A stretch of DNA of 64,000 nt, taken from positions 1,664-65,663 of the forward strand of contig JADGNF010000023.1 of NCBI GenBank assembly GCA_017883615.1, in the 5' to 3' direction. This stretch comes from Candidatus Bathyarchaeota archaeon. GTDB taxonomy: Archaea > Thermoproteota > Bathyarchaeia > Bathyarchaeales > Bathycorpusculaceae. The notes under the pieces were generated by a model. It ran no database searches, was not told the origin of the DNA, and saw only the letters and a program-made list of their open reading frames with translations. This document shows positions 17,015 to 25,670 of this stretch, one piece after another. The first letter of the stretch is position 1, and each line of letters opens with the position of its first letter. The position numbers and the translations under genes were made by a program.

Positions 17015-18337
17015 GTGCGGGAGGTTTTAAATTCCTTTCTGCCCTCATCTTGGGAAGGAGAAGGTTTTATCTTTGCCCCCGCGAAACTGTTGTGTAACAG
17101 GAGGATAGTCTCCGTCAGTGGGTTTTTTGAGGAAGATTTTGCATTTTGGAGATTCAAGATTCCAAAGAGGATAATTGTTCCCCTAATGGTTGTTCTAGTG
17201 GCTAAAATCTTGGGTGCAGCGTTCATTTACTATTCCATGAACGTTCAGTCGCTGGGAACCTTCTGGACTGATCCAACCCGTGTCTTCAATTGGCCTCAAA
17301 ACCAAGTTTTCCTACGATACACCGGTTTGGCGGGAAACTTTCCTTTTCTGTTTGTAGGCTGGGATAGCGCATGGTACCTGAGCATACTAACCGGAGGGTA
17401 TGCTTTTTCACCCCAAACCTACACATTCATGCCTGGTTTACCTACTGCGGGTTTCCTATTCAACTTGGTTTTCCAGAACCCCCTCATTGCCTTAGTAACT
17501 GTCGCTTTAGTTTTCGGTGTCTTGTGGATTCCCTTGTACCAATTGCTTGCGGAATCCTACATCGGTAGGCGGGCGGCTCTGGCTTCTTCGTTGGTGATGG
17601 CTTTTTCGCCTTACTTGTTCGTCTTCACCACAGTCGTTTACGGTGAAAGCTTGTTTTTGTTTTTCACCTTAAGCGCTTGGTATCTGTTCACCAAAAGAAA
17701 AAGCGCAGCATCATCGGCAGTTGCCGGGGTTGCCGCTTTAACTCGAGTTATGGGCATAATGGTGGTTTTGCCAATGCTTTACTCCTCATTACGACGCAAA
17801 ACTGAGCATAGAGCCCGCAACTTTGCTCTGAACGTTCTGCCTTTTGCCGCCATCGCTCTGTGGCTGGGCTACTGCTTCATTGTTTCTGGAGATTTGTTCG
17901 CATCTATCCACACCACCGAATGGGGCGGCTTGTACACAGTGCCAAGTTTCCTTTTGCGCGACCTACCCCAAATGGGACTCAAAGCCTTTTATCAAATTCC
18001 TCTGCAAAGTTGGCCCGCCATGGAATACTGGCTATCACCCTTAGGGATGTTCCTTGCGTTAGCGCTCCCGCCTTTCCTCATTTATAAACTAAGAAAAATC
18101 GATAGCGCCCTGGCGCTCTATTCGTTGGCGGGGTACGTGGGGTTCGTGGCTTTTGGGGCGATTGTTTCGGCACCGCGATTCGCGTCGGTGCTGTTTCCGC
18201 TTTGGTTGCCCCTTACCACAAAGTTGGCGCTAAAAAGCAAAAAACAGTTAGTTTTAGTTGTTGCAGTGTTGGCTTTGTTCTTGGCTTTATCGTTAGATAT
18301 GTGGATAAGTTTTCTAAATGGACAATTCGTCGCCTAA
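17015..18337 (+). CDS. PIG-V-like (GPI mannosyltransferase 2-like) GT-C membrane glycosyltransferase
   Basis: 440 aa, polytopic. WDSAWYLSILTGGYAF...FMPGLP resembles the (F/W)DS-x-(H/W)Y-x-x-IA-x-x-GY motif of the PIG-V family. The GTG start at 17015 may be too far upstream; the first TM helix begins near MVVLVAKILG. Confidence 0.55.
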   Translation: MREVLNSFLPSSWEGEGFIFAPAKLLCNRRIVSVSGFFEEDFAFWRFKIPKRIIVPLMVVLVAKILGAAFIYYSMNVQSLGTFWTDPTRVFNWPQNQVFLRYTGLAGNFPFLFVGWDSAWYLSILTGGYAFSPQTYTFMPGLPTAGFLFNLVFQNPLIALVTVALVFGVLWIPLYQLLAESYIGRRAALASSLVMAFSPYLFVFTTVVYGESLFLFFTLSAWYLFTKRKSAASSAVAGVAALTRVMGIMVVLPMLYSSLRRKTEHRARNFALNVLPFAAIALWLGYCFIVSGDLFASIHTTEWGGLYTVPSFLLRDLPQMGLKAFYQIPLQSWPAMEYWLSPLGMFLALALPPFLIYKLRKIDSALALYSLAGYVGFVAFGAIVSAPRFASVLFPLWLPLTTKLALKSKKQLVLVVAVLALFLALSLDMWISFLNGQFVA

Positions 18338-18441
18338 TACGTAGGTCCCTGTTCGGGTCACCTCAGCGACTGGGGGTTTTAGCGTTTTTCACAAAAGATT
18401 CATATTTTCTTTATACCTAATAGTTTAGTGGAGATGTTATT

Positions 18442-18879
18442 GTGCCGAAAATTCTCGTGCTCTATTATAGCCGAACAGGGAACACCGAGAAAATGGCCAA
18501 AGCCGTAGCTGAAGGTGCCAAAACCGCGGGCAACGTGCAGGTTGACCTGAATTACTTCGTAGAAGCGGAAGACCTCGGCGGATTCGATGCAATCTTAGTC
18601 GGAACACCCACGTATCACCATGACTTGCCAATCGACATCAAAATGCTGTTCGAGGAAGCCGCAGCCAGAAACATCATTTTGAAGGACAAACCGGGTGCGG
18701 CGTTTGGCTCGTTTGGTTGGAGTGGAGAAGCGCCCAAGTTTGTGCTGGAAATCATGAAAAACAAGTTTGGGATGAAAATTGCCGAAGCGCCCCTACTCAC
18801 AAAATACGTACCCGACGAGAAGATGCTAGATCAGTGCAGGGCTCTTGGAAAACGCCTCGCCGAAAGCCTTATTCCTTAA
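18442..18879 (+). CDS. short-chain flavodoxin
   Basis: 145 aa with a GTG start. Contains KILVLYYSRTGNTEKMA (FMN phosphate-binding loop T/S-x-T-G-x-T), GTPTYHH and FGSFGWSGE. Confidence 0.85.
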   Translation: MPKILVLYYSRTGNTEKMAKAVAEGAKTAGNVQVDLNYFVEAEDLGGFDAILVGTPTYHHDLPIDIKMLFEEAAARNIILKDKPGAAFGSFGWSGEAPKFVLEIMKNKFGMKIAEAPLLTKYVPDEKMLDQCRALGKRLAESLIP

Positions 18880-18900
18880 GCTCACCGTTCCTACATAGAG

Positions 18901-19392
18901 ATGCTGGTTATGAGTAACCCAAACGAAAAGCTAATTGATTTTATGAAAAAGCAAATCGTTAACGAGAACGACATTGTGAAGTCCGTGTCCGAAGGCATCA
19001 AAAACATCAAGAATCCACCTGTTAAAGCGGTTCTGAAGGGGATTTCACTGGATTCCACTAAGCACGCAGAACTTTATGCTTCAGCCGTCACCCTCCTCAC
19101 CACAACCTCGCAAGCCATGACACAACAAAACCTCGACGAACAACGCGCCCTCGTAGAAAAGCACATAAAACTCGAAGCGGACCTCATCAAAAAACTTGAA
19201 AAAGAACTGCCCACAATCGAAAACAAAAAAGTCGCCTTCCTCCTCAACTCAATCCTAATGGATGAACGACGTCACCATGCAATGCTAAAGACCGTTCTCG
19301 AAATCATCGTCCGTGGCGAAACCATAACCGAAGACGATTGGTGGAAACTCCTCTGGGAAGAATCCCCGTTCCACGGAGCACCCGGCGGATAA
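18901..19392 (+). CDS. ferritin-like four-helix-bundle protein (function unknown)
   Basis: 163 aa, helical. Two metal-site-like motifs, DSTKHAELY and MDERRHHAML, are spaced as in ferritin-like or rubrerythrin-like folds. Confidence 0.45.
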   Translation: MLVMSNPNEKLIDFMKKQIVNENDIVKSVSEGIKNIKNPPVKAVLKGISLDSTKHAELYASAVTLLTTTSQAMTQQNLDEQRALVEKHIKLEADLIKKLEKELPTIENKKVAFLLNSILMDERRHHAMLKTVLEIIVRGETITEDDWWKLLWEESPFHGAPGG

Positions 19393-19532
19393 ACCTGGAG
19401 CCTTTCTGGTTTTTTTCTCTTTTCTTGTTGTAAAAAGAAAAAATCGCGTCTATATTTGGAGCTTTAGGGAAGTTACAAGAAAGCCACAATTTATCCTTCT
19501 CAAAAAGGACAAAAAAGGCACCAAGAAGGTGC

Positions 19533-20471
19533 TCAGGAGTTTCCGTTGTGTTTGCGAAACTCTTCCGAGAAGCTCAACGTTTCCTCAACTATTTTGTTGA
19601 CTTCATTGAGCAACCATGCTAGGCGTTCGCCTTTCTCCGTTAGCTCGTACGTTTTGGGGGTTTTGCGGGCGAAAATGAGCTTCTTACCTTTTAATCCCCG
19701 CAGGTACTTGTAGGTCCGCCGTAGCGAAATACCGGTCTTTTGGGAGAGTTTCTTGGCTGAGACGCCGTTGTCGGGTATGTTGCTGTAAACTTTGGTTTCA
19801 GTCGAGGTCAGAATTTCTTTGGTTTGGTCGCGTTTGGATCGGAAGAAGAAGATGTAGTCTCTTTCTTCTGGCGTTTCGATTAGACTGGTGGTTTTGAGTC
19901 TTTTGAGGACCCGGCTAACTATCTTAGTGGGAACAAATCCTTTGATGTCTTCGAAGGTTTTGGGTCCAGAGAGCAATTCTGTGAGGATGTCTTCTTCGTA
20001 GCACTCGCTGTGGGAGGGCAATACATCGGTGAATTCGGGCAAGTTCCCAATTAACTCAGACAACCTACCGCCAAACGTGGTGGCGTAAAACTGGTCATGT
20101 GCTTCTCCAGCTACGCCGACGTTAAGCAGGGGGCGCAAGTATTCCTCGATGAGAGTATCGCGGCTATGCAAGTAGCCTTCTTTTTTGAGTTCCTGCTGAA
20201 GCTTCATGACGGAGTAGCGGCCCTTCACGATTGTCTGTAGGATGGCAACGCGTGTTTCGTTTTTCAAGACGTTAAGCAGGTCCTTCATGAAGTCAGGGTT
20301 TCCCATCGTTTCACAAAGCATCCTCAGTTCGTTACGAAGTTTCCATACATGACAATTAGTTATACATTCAAGGGGAGATACGGGAGCGCAGCTTTTGCAT
20401 TCTCGGTCCAGAGTATGGAGTATCTCGACGATGCTTCCGGTGTTTTCTTCGAGGGATTCTTGAGTTTTCAT
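19533..20471 (-). CDS. ArsR-like winged-helix transcriptional regulator with an N-terminal Cys cluster
   Basis: 312 aa. N-terminal CKSCAPVSPLECITNC. Two wHTH-like segments (NETRVAILQTIVKGRYSVMKLQQEL; VSAKKLSQKTGISLRRTYKYLRGLKGKKLI). Confidence 0.6.
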   Translation of the reverse strand: MKTQESLEENTGSIVEILHTLDRECKSCAPVSPLECITNCHVWKLRNELRMLCETMGNPDFMKDLLNVLKNETRVAILQTIVKGRYSVMKLQQELKKEGYLHSRDTLIEEYLRPLLNVGVAGEAHDQFYATTFGGRLSELIGNLPEFTDVLPSHSECYEEDILTELLSGPKTFEDIKGFVPTKIVSRVLKRLKTTSLIETPEERDYIFFFRSKRDQTKEILTSTETKVYSNIPDNGVSAKKLSQKTGISLRRTYKYLRGLKGKKLIFARKTPKTYELTEKGERLAWLLNEVNKIVEETLSFSEEFRKHNGNS

Positions 20472-20521
20472 GACCTCACTTCCTTTGGGAAGGCGTGCGC
20501 CCGGCGGGATGAAAAGTCGGG

Positions 20522-20548
20522 TTTGGGAGATTTGGGAGATTTAGGAGA
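20522..20548. repeat. three tandem 9-bp units, TTTGGGAGA TTTGGGAGA TTTAGGAGA
   Basis: Read directly from the sequence. Lies in the divergent promoter region between the ArsR-like gene and the XRE-like gene. Confidence 0.9.
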
Positions 20549-20638
20549 GTGGTCCCGCCAGGACATACGTCATAAAGTGTATGACATACGGCATGTTTAA
20601 ATAGATTTTCCCGAGAGATTACAATATCTGGTGGATAA

Positions 20639-21016
20639 TTGATAGCCCCCTGCGAAGTTGCCGTAAAAACCGTTTCTCCAGCCCTAAGAGCACTTCTTGC
20701 ACAAACCCTCCTCCAAAAACACGAACTAAAAGAGATAGAGGTCGCACAGGTCCTAGGTGTATCGCAATCTGCAGTCAGCAAATACAACAAAAAAGTCCGT
20801 GGAACAACAATACCCCTTGATGGCCTTCCAGAAATCCACGCAATCACAGACCAAATGGCCACTTTGCTCTTAGCCAACCCAATTCAGCAACTAGAAGTCA
20901 TGAAGCTGTTCTGCCAAGCCTGCGCCCTGATAAGGAGCAAAGGTTTAATGTGTGAACTCTGCCAGCAAAATCAGGCGCCCAAAATCGTTGGTTGCGACTT
21001 CTGCGGATTACCCTGA
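20639..21016 (+). CDS. XRE-type HTH regulator with a C-terminal six-Cys domain
   Basis: 125 aa with a TTG start. HTH segment EIEVAQVLGVSQSAVSKYNKK. C-terminal CQAC-x10-CELC-x11-CDFC. Confidence 0.6.
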   Translation: MIAPCEVAVKTVSPALRALLAQTLLQKHELKEIEVAQVLGVSQSAVSKYNKKVRGTTIPLDGLPEIHAITDQMATLLLANPIQQLEVMKLFCQACALIRSKGLMCELCQQNQAPKIVGCDFCGLP

Positions 21017-21050
21017 AGCTTGAAGATTTATTAAATCGTCCCTAAAACCA

Positions 21051-22010
21051 TTGCAGAAGAGGCGCACCACATTGTCTTTGTACGACGAAAATAAAGTTCT
21101 GGAAGTCATTGAGAAAGTAACCAAAAGTGTGGTTAACATAAGCTCAGTAAGGGTCGTACGAAACTTGTTTTACCAAGCAGTCCCCGTTGCAGGCATGGGC
21201 TCCGGAACCATATTTGACGCCGACAAAGGACTCATTTTAACCAATAACCACGTAGTGGGCGGCGCCGAAAAAATCAGCGTCACTCTATGGAATAATCAGG
21301 TGATTGAAGGTGACATAGTTGGTTCATGCGTTGCACGGGACATTGCCGTCGTTAAAGTTGAAGCGAAGGAGCTTCGGTCTGCGGATCTGGGAGACTCGGA
21401 TAAGCTCCGTGTCGGGCAACGTGTCTACGCCATTGGAAACCCCTTCGGCTTATCAGGCGGACCCACCGTGACTTCGGGAGTAATCAGTGCCTTGAACCGA
21501 ACTATTGAATCCGACCGTGGACTAATTGAAAATCTGGTGCAAACCGACGCCGCCATTAACCCGGGCAACAGCGGCGGTCCACTGGTGGATTTAGAGGGCA
21601 AAATCGTCGCCATTAGTACAGCCATAATACCTTTTGCGCAGGGCATAGGCTTTGCAGTCCCAATTAACTCGGCGAAAACTTGCACAACAGACATTCTAAC
21701 TGAAGGTACCGGTAAACGGCCCTGGTTGGGCGTGGTCGGCTTAACTTTAACGGAAGAAATCGCGCGGTACTATGGTTTACCTGTAGGACACGGAGTTATC
21801 GTCACTAAAGTGGGTGAGGGCAGCCCCGCCGAATTCGCGGGGATGACCCAAGGAGACATCATCTTAGAAGTGGACAACGTGGAAACCCTCAGCATAGAGG
21901 ACTTGGTGAGGGAAATCCGCAAGCGAAAAGTCGGCGACAAAATAAGGATATTCGCGCTACGAAACGGCAAGGAACACTTCTTTGAACTCAAACTCCGCGG
22001 CATCCCATAA
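21051..22010 (+). CDS. HtrA/DegP-family serine protease with a PDZ domain
   Basis: 319 aa. Catalytic triad context TNNHVV ... DIAVVKV ... GNSGGPLVD. C-terminal PDZ-like segment (GVIVTKVGEGSPAEFAGMTQGDIILEVD). Confidence 0.9.
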   Translation: MQKRRTTLSLYDENKVLEVIEKVTKSVVNISSVRVVRNLFYQAVPVAGMGSGTIFDADKGLILTNNHVVGGAEKISVTLWNNQVIEGDIVGSCVARDIAVVKVEAKELRSADLGDSDKLRVGQRVYAIGNPFGLSGGPTVTSGVISALNRTIESDRGLIENLVQTDAAINPGNSGGPLVDLEGKIVAISTAIIPFAQGIGFAVPINSAKTCTTDILTEGTGKRPWLGVVGLTLTEEIARYYGLPVGHGVIVTKVGEGSPAEFAGMTQGDIILEVDNVETLSIEDLVREIRKRKVGDKIRIFALRNGKEHFFELKLRGIP

Positions 22011-22089
22011 CAGCCCCATAGCATTTGTAAATTTTTATAAACGTGAAAACACCCAGTTACATAATAGTTGCTCTCAATCTAGTTTTTGG

Positions 22090-22524
22090 GTGGGTAGTTT
22101 GAGCCAAAAAGAAATCGAAAATATTCTTCAAAGCTACAGGGTAATAGCAGTCGTGGGACTCTCAAAGGACCAAGATAAGCCAAGTTACAGGGTCTCCGAG
22201 TATATGCAGATGCACGGTTACCGAATTGTCCCCGTGAATCCCACAGTGGATGATGTTTTGGGCGAAAAAAGCTACAAGAGCCTGCTGGATATTCCTTTGG
22301 AAATTCAGCAAACAATAGAGATTGTGGATATTTTTAGGCGACCCACCGAGGTAGCTTCGGCTGTTGAACAAGCCATCAAGCTCAAGCTTGCTAATGGGAA
22401 ACCATACGTTGTTTGGATGCAGGCAGGTATAGTGAATCTTGAAGCAGCTGAGGCAGCACGAAAGTCTGGGTTAAGCGTGGTTATGGATCGGTGCATCATG
22501 GTCGAGCATCGGCATGTTTTCTAA
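22090..22524 (+). CDS. CoA-binding domain protein (YccU-like)
   Basis: IENILQSYRVIAVVGLSKDQDKPSYRVSEYMQMHGYRIVPVNP...IVDIFRRP is the typical CoA-binding (Rossmann-like) pattern. The ORF-track start at 21982 overlaps htrA. I prefer GTG 22090 or TTG 22099, so the start is uncertain. Confidence 0.7.
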   Translation: MGSLSQKEIENILQSYRVIAVVGLSKDQDKPSYRVSEYMQMHGYRIVPVNPTVDDVLGEKSYKSLLDIPLEIQQTIEIVDIFRRPTEVASAVEQAIKLKLANGKPYVVWMQAGIVNLEAAEAARKSGLSVVMDRCIMVEHRHVF

Positions 22525-22535
22525 GAGACTCTGCC

Positions 22536-23396
22536 TTAAAGGACACCCAATAGAACCGAAGCAATCGTAGCAATAGCCACAATCGCGAGCGTTTCTAGAA
22601 GAGTTATTTTCCAGTGAACCCGGGTCTTTCTTGAACGATAGCGCACAAGGAAAACACCCGAAACCAAAGCGACCACGGTTAGAGACACAATTGTGTTGAA
22701 GGGAGCAGGTAACCCAACGAAGGCCGCTATCGGTATGCTTCCTGCCACGAAGGTTGTGACCCCGCTAATTGATGCTGCAAAAAGGTTTGACCTGCGTATT
22801 TCCTTGTCAAGGACCAAGAACAGTTTCTCCACAAGCATTAGGGATTTATCGCGCTCTTTCTTGTCGGGAATATCGCTTAAGCTATAATTCATGAGCGTAC
22901 GCAGTGTCATAATATCTGCTAGATCTTCTGTAATCCCGCCTAGGAAGAAGCTGGAAAAGTTCGTTATCGCCACGGCGGTTAACGTTAAAAAAGCTGTGAA
23001 AATCACGTTCTTTGGGGTAAACAAAACGCCGCTATTCGTTAGAATAGAAATGAACGTGGAGAGAATTACAACTAATCCTGTGATGGACCCATCAACTAGT
23101 CCTGCGACAACCTCTAGAATCGGGTCCTTTTTGAGGAGAAGGCTCTGCCATTCCTTGCCTAGTCTGAGACCCTCATCAGTGAGTTGTACGCTGTCAACGT
23201 TGTCGATAATGAGACCTTCAATGGTCATTTCTTTAAGTGCCTTTTCGAGCTCGTTCATGTCGACGCATGCAAGGCTTGAGCAGACTTTGTCGATTCGACG
23301 TTTAAGGGCAATCTTAGACATAGGCTTGCCCTTGCTCAGGTTCAGAAGGACGATTACCCTGATAACATCTCGCAACTCTTGGATTTCAAAGGCCAC
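22536..23396 (-). CDS. VIT1/CCC1-family membrane protein with an N-terminal winged-helix-like domain
   Basis: 286 aa. The AGLVDGSITGLVVI motif and five C-terminal TM helices fit the VIT family. The N-terminal ~95 aa are soluble and wHTH-like (PMSKIALKRRIDKV...TIEGLII...LTDEGLRLG). Confidence 0.65.
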   Translation of the reverse strand: MAFEIQELRDVIRVIVLLNLSKGKPMSKIALKRRIDKVCSSLACVDMNELEKALKEMTIEGLIIDNVDSVQLTDEGLRLGKEWQSLLLKKDPILEVVAGLVDGSITGLVVILSTFISILTNSGVLFTPKNVIFTAFLTLTAVAITNFSSFFLGGITEDLADIMTLRTLMNYSLSDIPDKKERDKSLMLVEKLFLVLDKEIRRSNLFAASISGVTTFVAGSIPIAAFVGLPAPFNTIVSLTVVALVSGVFLVRYRSRKTRVHWKITLLETLAIVAIATIASVLLGVL

Positions 23397-23553
23397 TTAG
23401 CAAATCACCAATTCTATGGTACCCCATTTGCTTAAGCGGAAATAATAACTTTTATGCATGCCTTCTTTACATTTTGTAAAACTTTATATTCGAACTCGAA
23501 ACAAGGATTTGGGCGACTAAGTTTTTGGCAAAACTAAAAAAGAGAAAAGAAGT

Positions 23554-24747
23554 TTATTTATTGACTTCTTTGGCTATTTGTACGCCGAGCGCGAAGCATT
23601 TCTTGTAGTCTTCTTCATCGGGCACGTATTTGATTTCTAGCCCGGAATCGTGGACTTCGAATCCTGCTTTGCGCGCCATTTCTTCCATGGCTCGGACTGC
23701 GCCGCCGCCCCACCCGAAACTGCCAAAGAAGCTCCAGATTTTATCTTTAGGTTTGAGTCCGGCAGCATACGTCATGAAGTAGCCGACTGTGGGAAACATG
23801 CCGTTGTTGAGTGTTGGAGAACCTACTAGTACGGCTTTGGAGTCGAGGATTTCCGTCATGGCTTCGGTGTTGGTTGCGGAGCGGAGTTTGAGCATTTTGA
23901 CTTCTACGCCTTGGCTTGTGGCGCCTTCTGCGATGGATCGGGCCATTTTGTCGGTGCTGCCCCACATTGTGTCGTAAACTATGCTGATTTTCTTTCTGGA
24001 GGTACCTGCTGCCCATTCCGCGTATGCTTTTATGATTTTGGAGGGGTCTTTGCGCCAGATAACTCCGTGGCTTGGAGCAATCATACAACACGTTAACCCA
24101 GTCGCTACGACCTCTTGGATTTTCTTTGCAACAAGTGGACCCAGAGGCATGAGGATGTTGGCATAGTAAGTTGCGGCTTCCTCCATTAGGACGTGTTCAT
24201 CGACTTGGTCATCGAAACGTTCCCCCGATGCGATATGCTGCCCAAAAGCGTCGTTTGGCATCAGGATATGGTCTTCGAGGACGTATGTGAACATACTGTC
24301 CGGCCAATGCAGCATGGGCGCTTCGAGGAACTTAAGGGTGCGGTTGCCCAGCTTGAGTTCGTCGCCGCTCTTAACGGTCTTGACCCTGTCAAAATCGTGC
24401 CCGTAATGTTCGATGAGGGCATCTTTACCGCGCTCGGAAGAAAGGATTGTAGCATTTTTCGCCAGCTTTGCCACTGTGGGTAGGCTGCTCGAGTGATCCA
24501 TTTCGACGTGGTTCACGATGATGTAGTCGAGTTTTTCCAGATCCACAAACTCCTTCACGTTTCGGACCAGTTCGTCGCAAAACGTGCTTTTGACGGTGTC
24601 GATAAGGACGGTTTTCTCGTCTTGAATCAGGTAGGCGTTGTAGCTGCTGCCTCTGCGAGTGATGTACCCGTGGAAGTCGCGAATGTTCCAGTCGACCACG
24701 CCAACCCAATAGATTCCGTTTGCTAATTCAACTTTTGCCATTTTCAT
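23554..24747 (-). CDS. fprA: flavodiiron protein (A-type flavoprotein; O2/NO reductase)
   Basis: 397 aa. Metallo-beta-lactamase-like di-iron motif NHVEMDHSSS. C-terminal flavodoxin domain (ISIVYDTMWGSTDKMA...FGSFGWGGGA). Confidence 0.9.
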   Translation of the reverse strand: MKMAKVELANGIYWVGVVDWNIRDFHGYITRRGSSYNAYLIQDEKTVLIDTVKSTFCDELVRNVKEFVDLEKLDYIIVNHVEMDHSSSLPTVAKLAKNATILSSERGKDALIEHYGHDFDRVKTVKSGDELKLGNRTLKFLEAPMLHWPDSMFTYVLEDHILMPNDAFGQHIASGERFDDQVDEHVLMEEAATYYANILMPLGPLVAKKIQEVVATGLTCCMIAPSHGVIWRKDPSKIIKAYAEWAAGTSRKKISIVYDTMWGSTDKMARSIAEGATSQGVEVKMLKLRSATNTEAMTEILDSKAVLVGSPTLNNGMFPTVGYFMTYAAGLKPKDKIWSFFGSFGWGGGAVRAMEEMARKAGFEVHDSGLEIKYVPDEEDYKKCFALGVQIAKEVNK

Positions 24748-25166
24748 TTTACTCCTTTTTGTGTTTTTATGGTATACGTTATCTTGACCCCAGCTTTCTC
24801 GAAGAGCACGCCTACGGGGCAGTTCTTCAGAGTGTGCTCGTGGAGCCGTTTGACTTGGTCTTCTGTGGCGTCGGTTTTGTAGGTTATGTCGAAGGTTTCC
24901 TCAACAATGGTTCCAGCCTCATCACTTTTGATCGCCTCCAATTTGACGTCTAAACCTTTGATCTGGATCCGCATCTTGCCAGCAACAAGCTGCGCGATTG
25001 TAACGTAACAACCCGCGTGACTCATAACGCACAACTCCAGGGGCGTTGGGCCAACTCCCGGCGACAACGAAGAAGGCTGATCCACCACAGTTGCATGAGC
25101 GCGACCATTCTCAAGAACAATCAAAGGCCCCTCAACCATTCTTGCACTAGCATGAAGCTTCGCCAA
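24744..25166 (-). CDS. OsmC/Ohr-family peroxiredoxin-like protein
   Basis: 140 aa. Contains GPTPLELCVMSHAGCY ... LKNCPV, typical of OsmC. Its stop overlaps the fprA start as ATGA. TTG start; an alternative ATG lies at MVEGPL. Confidence 0.8.
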   Translation of the reverse strand: MAKLHASARMVEGPLIVLENGRAHATVVDQPSSLSPGVGPTPLELCVMSHAGCYVTIAQLVAGKMRIQIKGLDVKLEAIKSDEAGTIVEETFDITYKTDATEDQVKRLHEHTLKNCPVGVLFEKAGVKITYTIKTQKGVK

Positions 25167-25670
25167 ACTTTCACAGCCTCAAAAGACAAAAAAACTCTGT
25201 GCGTCGAGCTAATAACAGTTTCGTCACAGCGATTTCCCAGCTAACCATTTTGGTTTTTGGGTCGCGTAATAATTCAGCCAACAAGAAGATCAATGTATTC
25301 CAAACGAGTTTGCAAGTTTGCAAATCATGTTTGGAGCCTAATAGCGACTCTATGCACAAACCTATAGGGGGTAGGGTGGAAGGGCGGGTTTTTCGTTAGG
25401 CAAAAAAGGTAGGGGTAGGGGTCGCTATTGGCGGATTTTTCGCCCAATAGCATGGTGAAAAAACCGTAGAGGGCGAAGAATATGTCAAAAACCTAGCTTA
25501 TCTACCTATGAACCATATGCAATGCATGGCTCTTCAAACAAGGTATACCAATGAAAAAAGCTACAGACACCGCGAAAAGAACCGGGTTTCTTCACAAAGA
25601 TAATATCCTAGAGGTAAGTTCAGTTATTGCAGAAGTTCTACTTAGCGCCATATTTGGAGGATAAATCCGT

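Noticed and set aside
20476-20877. A 133-aa minus-strand ORF spanning the regulator intergenic region
   Set aside because: It runs antisense to the XRE-like gene and across the divergent promoter and repeats. It has no motif and an Arg/Ser/Cys-rich composition typical of shadow ORFs.
25551-25667. A 38-codon upstream ORF (MKKATDTAKRTGFLHKDNILEV...) ending just before the PDO start
   Set aside because: It has no ribosome-binding signal or recognisable features. Its stop overlaps the Shine-Dalgarno-like GGAGG of the PDO gene. It is too short to support.
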